DNA of 63,924 nt, the filler included, from Octopus bimaculoides (taxonomy: Eukaryota), in the NCBI RefSeq assembly GCF_001194135.2. It is 4 parts of 4 records of this genome, joined end to end, with 100 filler letters (N's around TTAATTAATTAA, not from the genome) between each part and the next. Parts side by side here need not be neighbours in the genome. Positions count along the whole stretch, not along the records: positions 29,341 to 54,939 come from NC_068996.1; positions 55,040 to 62,508 come from NC_068989.1; positions 62,609 to 63,924 come from NC_068992.1; 1 more part is not named here. One strand, written 5' to 3'. Shown piece by piece: positions 53,400-63,924 of the stretch; the first letter of the stretch is position 1, and each line of letters opens with the position of its first letter. Below the pieces are notes generated by a model. That model saw nothing but the letters and a program-made list of their open reading frames with translations, had not been told where the DNA came from and made no database searches. Position numbers and translations under genes: made by a program.

Positions 53400-54939
53400 G
53401 CATTTTATTGACGTGTTGATAGTGGAGGTGAGGTGGTGGCTTGAGGTACTATTATTTTCCTTTATGCTGTTTTTTTTTTTGGTCCGTTTGGGTGTGGTTC
53501 CATGGAGGTTACATTGCTTTTGAGATGATGTTATTCGTGAATGTAACTTCGACGACGTTGAGCAACCTGACAGTTATGATGTTTTCAGAATACACAAAAT
53601 GAGTCTTCAGGCCTATAAATTCGTCCAATAAAGGATTAGAGATATTGGGATAGTCGTTCCCTGTTAGCGTGATCCAAGATAACTTCAATCTAGCTAGATT
53701 TGGGGTTAAAACTTATATTCGGTGGCTAAGTGCTTTAACCTACCTAAATCAGTTTAATTGATACGACTGTGTTGATCGTTGATCCTAACTAGTTTTGATC
53801 TCATCCTCAGAGGCTTGATCGCTACAATGTAGGGAGGTATCGATCGGTGGTCAAATAAACGGCAACTCATCGCTGCTTCTTTCAGAGAAACACTACGTTT
53901 GCCAGCCACTCAAATCGTCCAAGGTAAATAAACCTAGAGTGGGACAGCAAATCAAAGTCCATAAACTGCTAATTTAAGAGAGTAAATTGAGCAATCGTCG
54001 TAAAGTTCAGAAATGGCCCACCTATCAGCCAAGACCACCTTGAAAAATTAAACCCTCACATCCTTTAATGGAAACAAAACGGGGTATTTTATATGATTGT
54101 ATCTTTAATTAAGGAAGCTGTTTAGTGGACGCAGGTGAACGATCTGAAGAGAGAGCCTTTCCTTTCAATGCAAATCCTCGTCAAAATCTTCAGGTTCGCA
54201 TAAACAGAGAAGTGAAGGTAAAGAGCAAATTTTATGAAAGAAGGGCAAGAATGCTGTAATTGGTGGGGGTAACATGAATTTGCGGATTTGCATATCTGCT
54301 CTGCATAATCCTACTTGGTCTCCCCCAGCTATTTTGGAGATTACTTTTGTTAGTGATTTGTTACTCTATACTGTTATGGATATTTATTATCTGTTATCTT
54401 CTATATCTTTATTGTTTTGTTCATGTAAATCGCCTATTAAATTTTTTTATGTATTCTTTTGCATTTACCTTTGGACTATCGTGAATGTGACAGACCCTGA
54501 GGACAATAAAAATACATTATTACTGTTAGGTTACGCCACCTGCAACAATTTCTAGACGGTGAGACTGTGTGGGCTCCGTTTGTGAGATTCGTTTTTGTTT
54601 GCCTTGTCGTTGGACAAGGCTGAAAGGCATGAGGACAGATACATTCCTCTTTGGTAGAACTCTCATCTCAATTTCGCTTGGAAAGGAAACTGAAACTGGA
54701 GAGAGAAGTGCTATTCTTGAGTGAGTTTATTGAGAGATTGGTGAAAGTGGCAAAAATGGTAAGAGTGTATGGTACCTCTCTAAGCTAGACCTGTAATTTC
54801 GGAGAGGAGGAATTGGAGAGGGCATTTGCTCTTGGTGTACAGAAAAATCTCGGACACTGGGATTCCTCAAATATCCCTAGAGGTCCTCATGTATCAGGAG
54901 GGCTACATCTCTATCCCCCACCTTTTGTTTTAAACCTTT
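53400..54939 (+). mobile_element. L1/Tx1-like LINE remnant (RT core and 3' end)
   Basis: VIQDNFNL, GALTYLNQ...YDCVD (cf. GALINLDQ.KAFDRVDH), SVVQINGN, and the 3' ...RLKGMRT...ERKLKLEREVL..SEFIER.VKVAKMVRV. Confidence 0.5.
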
Positions 54940-55039
54940 NNNNNNNNNNNNNNNNNNNNNNNNNNNNNNNNNNNNNNNNNNNNTTAATTAATTAANNNNN
55001 NNNNNNNNNNNNNNNNNNNNNNNNNNNNNNNNNNNNNNN
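54940..55039. other. Artificial scaffold spacer 44N-TTAATTAATTAA-44N
   Basis: Same 100-bp structure as 29241-29340. Confidence 0.95.
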
Positions 55040-55155
55040 CGTAGCTTCTTAAGGCTAGCAGATCTATTTCGAGTGAGTGGCCCTTTGTGATTCGGTCGAT
55101 AACCACTCTGGTTTGTGATCTGCCTTGTTATCATTGAGGCATGACGAGCTTTGGC

Positions 55156-55380
<225 letters not shown>

Positions 55381-55974
55381 GGCATGACTTTGCCTTCCGT
55401 CCATTCAGAGTCAATAAAATAAGTGCCAGTTGAGTAGTGAGGTCAATGTAACTGACTTCTTCCTTCCCACAAAATTGCTAGCCTTGTGCCAAAATTAGAA
55501 AGAATTATTATTATCATTAAAAGGCCACTGGATGGCAAAATCAATTGAACACCAAACAAAAAATTACCTTACAGTATTTAGTTACATCTCTTTATGCTCT
55601 GAATTCAAATTGGCTCTTTCATCTCTTGAGGGTTAATAAGACAAGTAATTATGAAATGCAACTGTAGGTTTAATCAGTTATGTCTCCACTATAATGTATG
55701 CAAATGGTAGAAATGATTATTATGTATACTTACAGATATTCTTAGATGGTGTTTGTTGAGAATGCCATATTGCCCTCAGGTTTGTTACTATAAAGTAACC
55801 TACAGAATAAAAAAATAATAAATGAAATACAGGCACAAATGTGGCTGTGTAGTAAGAAACTTGCTTCCCAACTACATGGTTCCAGGTTCAGTCCCACTGC
55901 TTGGTACCTCAGGCAAGTGTCTTCTACAACAGCTTGGGCAGACCAAAGCCTTGTGAATGGATTTAGTACACAGA

Positions 55975-56450
55975 AGCTGAAAAAAACACAATCTGATCTG
56001 GCAGAGTTTCTACAGCTGGATGCCCTTCCTAATGCCAATCACTCCGAGAGTGTAGTGAGTGCTTTTTACATGCCACCAGCACGAGCTCCAGTCCTGCGGT
56101 GCTGGCAACGGCCATGCTCAAATGGTGTTTTTTACGTCCCACCTGCACAGGAGTCAGTCCAATGTTTAGTTCACATTCCACTGGCACAAGTGCTAGTAAG
56201 GTGAAGCTGGAAACGATTGCGCTCAAATGGTGCTTTTTATGTGCCACCAGCACGGAAGCGAGACCACTGCTCTGGCAGTGATCCCGCTCGGATGGTGCTG
56301 TTAGCGCTTCACTGGCATGGGTGCCAGTCATCGAATTTGGTTCAGTTTTGATCTCACTTGCTCCAACAGGTCTTCGCAAGCTGAGCTTAGTGTCCAATGA
56401 AGGAAGGTTGGCATGGGTGCCAGTCATTGAATTTGGTTTAATTTCGATTT
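55975..56450 (-). mobile_element. LINE 3' UTR-type repeat with internal imperfect tandem units (RTE-like)
   Basis: ggatgcccttcctaatgccaa motif, three gtg.ttttta.gtg/cccacc.gcac units, and two tggcatgggtgccagtcat.gaatttggtt units. A matching 3' terminus (catcatcat...tttaacatctgccttccatgctggcatgg) lies at 56898-56990. Confidence 0.5.
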
Positions 56451-57397
56451 TGAATATACACACACACANNNNNNNNNNNNNNNNNNNNNNNNNNNNNNNN
56501 NNNNNNNNNNNNNNNNNNNNNNNNNNNNNNNNNNNNNNNNNNNNNNNNNNNNNNNNNNNNNNNNNNNNNNNNNNNNNNNNNNNNNNNNNNNNNNNNNNNN
56601 NNNNNNNNNNNNNNNNNNNNNNNNNNNNNNNNNNNNNNNNNNNNNNNNNNNNNNNNNNNNNNNNNNNNNNNNNNNNNNNNNNNNNNNNNNNNNNNNNNNN
56701 NNNNNNNNNNNNNNNNNNNNNNNNNNNNNNNNNNNNNNNNNNNNNNNNNNNNNNNNNNNNNNNNNNNNNNNNNNNNNNNNNNNNNNNNNNNNNNNNNNNN
56801 NNNNNNNNNNNNNNNNNNNNNNNNNNNNNNNNNNNNNNNNNNNNNNNNNATATATATATATACATATATATTATCATATATATATATATATATATATATC
56901 ATCATCATCATTATCATTGTTTAACATCTGCCTTCCATGCTGGCATGGACTGGACAGTTTTACAGGAGCCGGACAGTTTTACAGGAGCCTGCCAGGTAGG
57001 TACCTGCATATATGTGCATATATGTTTGTGCATACCCTTGCCTAGACATCATGTAATGGTTGTAAATGACCATCATCAGTATTCAGGCTATTCGTATTCA
57101 TTTTCTCCCGTAAATGAACGTGCCATAGTTCAGCAGATGGTAGAAGCACCAATGACAGCTGTCAGATTTGTTTAGTCATTTATGAAAATGAAACAGTTTA
57201 AGAAGAAAACTTACCCGTTTGCCCATTTGCAGCTTTAACATCCTCAACAAGTTTTATAACATCCAGAATATTCTCTCCATTTATTGTTTGTAAGTCCCTG
57301 TAATTGAAATTTTATTACTCCAAGTCACATGATCTCTTTATTTTTTTATTTGTTTTATTTATTTCATTTATTTATCGTTTATCTTTTTCTTTTTCCT

Positions 57398-57955
<558 letters not shown>

Positions 57956-58124
57956 CGCACACACACACACACATTAATAACAGTTTCACTCAGCTCCTAT
58001 GACTTAAAGTTTCATGGACTCATAGGATGAACCGATCACATCAGACATCTAGAGAAGAGTAACAGGTTTTGAAAGAAATTCAAGGTATTAAGCCTCTACT
58101 AGCCAGTTTAGGACATGTGGAGTT

Positions 58125-58650
58125 AATACTGTTATGCCTGCTTAGACAATATTGCTTCAAACATCACACACTACAATAGACACAAATGCACACACACACA
58201 CACACGACAGCCTCCAATCCATATCCCAACCTGTAACCTACAAAATCCTACCAACTGCCCACTGGAAGGATCCTGCTTCTCAAAGGCTATAGTCTATGGA
58301 GTCACCTTCATACCATCTGATTGCATCACAAGACACTACATGAGAATGACAGCCAGTGATTTTAAAGAAAGCTTTACAAAGCATATGCAATCTTTTGGAT
58401 GCAAGAATGAGGAAAATTGTGCCTCCCAGACCCACTTCATCAGGAGACACCATGACAATTGGAACAACTTCCCCAACATCAAATGGAATATCATTAACAT
58501 GGCCCCTTCTTACTTGCATAGAACTCACAACTGTCAATTCTGTCATTGCAAGAGACTACACATATTCCACCAAAATGCAGTGTTCATCAACAGAAAGAAT
58601 GAACTATCTTAATGTTGCCAATAGAAGTATGCCCTTTTTATGAACTTCAA
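58125..58650 (+). mobile_element. Penelope-like element, GIY-YIG endonuclease remnant
   Basis: YACLDNIASNITHYN, then NCPLEGSCFSKAIVYGVTF...RHYMRMTASDFKESFTKHMQSF...IKWNII...NCQFCHCKRL...INRKNEL, matching the CPL..C...IVY / YIG / F..R...H / W.I / C.LC..E pattern. Confidence 0.8.
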
Positions 58651-59570
58651 GCTGCTGTTTGTGTGCACATGTGTGTGTTTAATTTGTGTACAAAGGGGCA
58701 GGAACAGAAAACTTAACTTTTACAGTTTGGTTGGGATCCAGTGTGGAAAGAGTTCCTTTGTATGATCATTTTCTCAGCCAAGCAGAGCCTGCATTTCCTA
58801 CTATTGGTTAAAGTAATGTTCTCACTTTTCCATTATCCTCCACTTGATGTTGTAATGCAAAGCATTTTCTTTTAATGTCCATATATATCTTGCTAAAGAT
58901 GTGACATTTTTCCTTTCTTGTATTTGTTGAATCTGTTCCTGAAGGAACCCTCTAATTTGCCCACTTATCATCCATCACTCTATTGGGATCCTTTGATTCT
59001 GCCCTCACCTCAGACACAAGTTTTGTATTACAATGGGCATTAAGTGAATATGTCATACTACTTTTTCACAAGCAGCCTGTCTCTATTTCAGGTTTTGGCT
59101 TACAAATATTTTCTTTTCACTCAAAGCAAAACTGAAAGGAATACTACCATTTCTTGAAGAGTGTCATACACAGAAGAGGATCAACATACACTGTATTTTT
59201 ATCTTTGATTTGCTTGGTTTCATAATATGAAAAGCATATTCCACATGGTTGACTGAGCTGCTAAATGCAGTAGCCAAATCGCCCTCAAATCACACCTTAA
59301 CCATCGTAAGAAAAGAAAAGACACATTGAACAATATAATTAGTTTATTACCTGAAAGAGAAAATAAAAAGATAAAATGATCACGACTTGAATGCTTTTAG
59401 TAAAGGTAGGTCTGCTTGATGACGGCTCACCTGGTGTTGGTCAACGGCAGCTACTTGGGATTAAGAGCCATTGTTTGTCATTTCTAATTTACTTTCTCTG
59501 GAACGTTAGTGGTAGCAGATCTGTGCTCTTCAACTGTCAAGTCAATTAGAACAAAAACAAAAGAAAGTCT

Positions 59571-59634
<64 letters not shown>

Positions 59635-60131
59635 AATATATCTGCACACTGTCATTTGCTTCAAATAAATAATTCAAACAATAACATTAAAAATAACCAA
59701 CAATTATCCTTTTTCAACAGCTTAATGTAATTTGTCACATGTCAACATACACTTACCGCGATGATAAATCAAATCTGGTTTGTCTGTGTTGCCAAACTAA
59801 CGATATCGCCATTCCCTTCTTGTCTTTTCTTTTCTTTTTGTGTATGTGTGTAAGTGTTGTTATAGCAACGGTGTGAGGTGAGCAGTAGTCCCCATGGGTA
59901 CATAGTTCCTGTATAACCAAAGCGATTTAATCTCTGCACTTAAAATCACACCTTAGTACGCTAGTAATTAGGGAGGGCCCATTTTGGACAATGTAATCCT
60001 GAATATATAAAAGGACGAAAGCGCCATCGATTATAGTTTTTGCCTGTTAAGGGCTAGTCTGAAGCTAAACCTCAAGAAAAGATAATAAAATGTTTCGTTT
60101 TTCTTTTTTTTCTCTTTTTTTTTCTTTTTTA

Positions 60132-60326
60132 TTTGTTTCAGTCATTTGACTGCAGCCATGCTGGAGCACCGCCTTTAGTCGAGCAAATCGACCCCAGGAC
60201 TTATTCTATCGGTCTCTTTTGCCGAACTGCTACGTGACGGAGACGTAAACACACCAGCATCGGTTGTCAAGCGATGTTGCGTGGAGGGGGACAAACACAG
60301 ACACAAACATATACATACATACATAC

Positions 60327-60358
<32 letters not shown>

Positions 60359-60520
60359 GACGGGCTTCTTTCAGTTTCCGTCTACCAAATCCACTCACAA
60401 GGCTTTGGTCGGCCCGAGGCTATAGTAGAAGACACTCGCCCAAGGTGCCACGCAGTGGGACTGAACCCGGAACGATGTGGTTGGTAAGCAAACTACTTAC
60501 CACACAGCCACTCTTGCGCC
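60132..60520 (-). mobile_element. tRNA-derived SINE, full length
   Basis: Reverse complement of the 39953 family, followed by (TTG)/(TAG)/(TGG) repeats at 60520-60637. Confidence 0.9.
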
Positions 60521-60538
60521 TGTTGTTGTTGTTGTTGT

Positions 60539-60586
<48 letters not shown>

Positions 60587-62185
60587 CGGTGGTGGTGGTG
60601 GTGCTGGTGGTGGTGGTGGTGGTAGTAGTAGTAGTAGTTCTTTATAATCAAGCTTAACAAGGGTGAGATAAAACAAAAACAAAGCCCTCGTGTGCTCTAA
60701 ACCAGGTTAGGAGAAGACACGAGGCAATTACCTGCTGCTTTGTCCCCCTGGAATGTGACAGCAGGGCATAGCTTTGATCCTATGATCCATATAAAAGTTT
60801 GCTTTTATAATGAAGCCCAAAGGATAGAAATTCCCTCATGTCATCTAAGCCAGGTTAAAAAAAAATGGTGCAATTACCTGATGATATATGTTCAGGAATG
60901 TAGTGCATACGAAATCAAGACACAATCACTTGACAATGTTCCTAACTTGACGAATGTGTGGCTTTGTGCCAATGTATGAAATCATAATTAATTATTAATT
61001 AGAGAATAATTTGGGAAGGTGAAACTAATCTGCAATAAACACAACAATTAAGTTAATTGGTGTAAATTAGTTTTGTGTCATAATGGCAAACTGTAGCGTA
61101 AATTAAGCACTACGAAAACAGTAACGACGGTGGTGGGAATTGGTTTAATGAGTTATTGTGTAATACCGGATCAAACCTTGTGCTGGTAGTGGTTTGACCT
61201 GCTAGAAACAACAGCCATATCTTCCCCAAAGTTACACTTATATAAAACCTACTATCTTTAAATGGAAGGATACATTGGATAGAGTAATCCCGGATGCTAT
61301 GCCGGAATAACAGAAGGGGAATCCACGTTGAGTGATTATAAGCCATTTTAACTTTCATCAACTGACAAATACCAGTCCACTCCTACCCCAATAATAGTGA
61401 ACTTTTTTTGTCCTCCTCAGCTCTATTAATGTGAAGAATAAAACAGTTTGCATCCATGTAATTCTATTTTTTTACCAAGCCGTTGCTTAAACTTTAAAAA
61501 GTCTGACACCAATCTTTTTTAATCGCTTCCCCTTTCGATCCTCACAGTCTCAATTTCGTGAGTAAGGGTCTGGTTTTCTCTATGAGAAGCACTACATTAG
61601 GCAGTGTAGCCCTAGTTGAATAATCAATTGAAAAGAAACGGACGCTTTGATTACTACAGAACCCTTTATTTGCACATCTGCGCAGCTAGAACTGATCAGG
61701 GAGAAAACAGTAGCGACAATTTCCGTTGTTGTTGTGCAGTGTCTTAATTTGCGTGGGTGTTAAACGAACTTATTTGATTGATGGCTACATCCTTGTCAAA
61801 TTGTGTCTACCTAATCAAGACCAGCCAGATCAAGCAGTATCACTTCGGTCTATAACTACATCCTCTTCCCTTTCTACCTCTTATACAACATCCAATCATT
61901 ATTCTCATCTAAAGCAATTAGTCAAGGAGTGCTTGTCACTTCACCTAGTTCTAGTTTCTCAATCTAAGTGTGTGTGCTACAAAATTTCAAAACTCCTTAG
62001 TGTTGTTAGGTTAGCAACAATAACCAGTGGGTGTGTGTGTGTTTTCGAATTTCTACGTACTGAACAACTCTGAGACGGAATTGATTATTGCAAATAAAAC
62101 ATCAACGCGAAGTTCGTTAAAATTTATCATTGCCATTTCCTTTATTTAGGACAAACAATAAATGAATTCAGGTAAAAAAAAAAAG

Positions 62186-62451
62186 GTAAATTTTCAGATT
62201 AACACCCGCACGATTTTCACTGGGGTGTTAGGGTTAGGGTTTTAAGGTCAGGGATAGGGTTTTAGGGTTAGGGTTAGGGTTAGGGACGGAATTCCCTAAC
62301 CCTAAAACCCTAACCGTAACCGTAACCCTAAACCCTAACCTTAACCCTAACCCTAACCCTAAAACTAACCCTAAAACTCTAACCCTGACCCTAAAGCCCT
62401 AACCCTAACACCCTAGAGAAAATCGTGCGGGTGTTAATCTGAAAATTTAGC
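62186..62451. mobile_element. Fold-back element: TIRs enclosing (TTAGGG)n-(CCCTAA)n
   Basis: aaattttcagattaacacccgcacgattttc is the exact reverse complement of gaaaatcgtgcgggtgttaatctgaaaattt. The interior is degenerate telomeric repeat inverting around cggaat (~62287). Confidence 0.9.
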
Positions 62452-62508
62452 AAAAAAAAGTCACGGAAAGAAAGTCACAGGGGTTTTGTCCGAGGGGGTT
62501 TTGTCCGG

Positions 62509-62608
62509 NNNNNNNNNNNNNNNNNNNNNNNNNNNNNNNNNNNNNNNNNNNNTTAATTAATTAANNNNNNNNNNNNNNNNNNNNNNNNNNNNNNNNNNNN
62601 NNNNNNNN
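62509..62608. other. Artificial scaffold spacer 44N-TTAATTAATTAA-44N
   Basis: Same 100-bp structure as the other two. Confidence 0.95.
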
Positions 62609-62679
62609 CTTAGTGATAATTATAGTTTTCCTTTTTGGTAAAACATTGCAAACTGTTGCCTATTTTAATTATATATGTA

Positions 62680-62798
<119 letters not shown>

Positions 62799-62899
62799 GG
62801 AAAAAGGAAAACAAAACCGCGGTAGGACGAGTATCTCGGGTCATTTAGAATATTTAATTAGAGTAAGATGAATCAAAAAGGTGAAGTAGAATTAATTAA

Positions 62900-62977
62900 T
62901 GTCTTACAGCTGTTTCTGGGATATCTCAGGTGATGGCTCAACAACCCCATACACTGGGTATTCCGTCATCAGAGCCA
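62900..62977 (-). ncRNA. Type I hammerhead ribozyme (minus-strand copy)
   Basis: Minus tggct-CTGATGA-(stem II)-GAAA-CAGCT-GTA/AGACA: intact core, GUA triplet, one mismatch in stem I. Confidence 0.75.
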
Positions 62978-63282
62978 AGGTGTAAATGCAGGAAAGTGAG
63001 AGAGTCAGCCATCATGATGGGCTCTCTCACATTATACACCCGTGCAGACCATTTCTCTCCCACGTCAACTACCTGCTCTAACCCTTCAATCTGAATGCAT
63101 CATTCAAAATAGTGCTTGGATTTACCTGGGATTATACTTACGGGCCTATACCTCCACGGAATTCCATATCCTCAGAAATAAGATGAACTGTGAACATTAT
63201 TCTCCTGTCTTTATTCTTCTATCTACTGCTTTGTTCTATATACTGTGAATTCTTTGTCTGGAACTTTCCTGCATTCACACCT

Positions 63283-63359
63283 TGTCTCTGATGACGGAAT
63301 AGCCAGTGTATGGAGATGTTGACCCATCACTGGGATATCCCCGAAACAGCTGTTAGACA
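63283..63359 (+). ncRNA. Type I hammerhead ribozyme (plus-strand copy)
   Basis: tgtct-CTGATGA(63288-94)-long stem II (ccagtg/cactgg)-GAAA(63343-46)-palindromic stem III ACAGCTGT-T/AGACA. Stem I TGTCT:AGACA is perfect. Predicted cleavage after 63354 (GUU). Confidence 0.85.
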
Positions 63360-63592
63360 TTAATTACTTCTACTTCTCCTTTTATTGATTCACCTTACTC
63401 TAATTAAATATTCAAAATGGCCTGAAATACTAATCTTGTCTTGGTTTTGCTTTCCTTTTCCCTTTAATATATAACTGCTAACTCGGAAGCCTACGGCGGA
63501 TCCCTAGATTCAGCTTGTCTTGTTAGTTTGAAACCTAGCGTATTAGATCATCAGTGAACTAAACCCCTAATATTCATAACACACACACACAC

Positions 63593-63630
<38 letters not shown>

Positions 63631-63721
63631 ATACATACACATACACACACACACATTTGTACATACATATACAGGAATCCCTCGACTATCGCGAGTGTTA
63701 CTTTAATTTTATACTCTTTTA

Positions 63722-63924
63722 TTAATTTCAGTCATTTGACTGCGGCCATGCCGGAGCATCGCTTTTAGTCGAACAAATCGACTCCAGGACTTATTCTCTT
63801 TTACCGAACCGATAAGTTATGGGGACATAAACACACCAGCATCGGCTGTCAAGCGATGGTGGGGAGACAAGCACAAACACACACATATACAACGGGCTTC
63901 TTTCAGTTTCCCAAATCCACTCAC
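63722..63924 (-). mobile_element. tRNA-derived SINE 3' half (39953 family)
   Basis: tttcagtcatttgactgcggccatgccggagc...cgggcttctttcagtttcc. Confidence 0.85.

Noticed and set aside
62220-62415. Ancestral telomere-telomere fusion site
   Set aside because: The arrays are short, enclosed by perfect TIRs, and variant units mirror across the centre. This fits fold-back copying within a mobile element.

Overview
AT-rich, microsatellite-dense, gap-ridden eukaryotic scaffold made almost entirely of transposable-element debris. I found no confidently supported host gene, rRNA, true tRNA or CRISPR. The SINE families, Dong/R4, RTE, CR1 and Penelope content suggest an octopus (coleoid) genome; this is an inference from remembered repeat families, not a database hit. 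Elements recognised by protein motif or terminal structure: one near full-length, frameshifted RTE LINE (13.7-17.7 kb, minus), three stacked Dong/R4 3' ends, four Penelope-like (PLE) remnants, a Helitron Pif1 helicase remnant, a probable Helentron/DINE-type element, four Tc1/mariner-superfamily relics, CR1-, Tx1- and BEL/Pao-like fossils, and many tRNA-derived SINEs. Best second-look items: (i) a head-to-head PLE inversion at 62.8-63.5 kb with two divergent hammerhead ribozymes; (ii) two unrelated fold-back elements built around inverted TTAGGG arrays of opposite polarity; (iii) LINEs repeatedly embedded in (TATG)n. Three 44N-TTAATTAATTAA-44N blocks are artificial scaffold joins, so adjacency across them is not sequence evidence. 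All alignments were done by eye; boundaries of degenerate elements are approximate.
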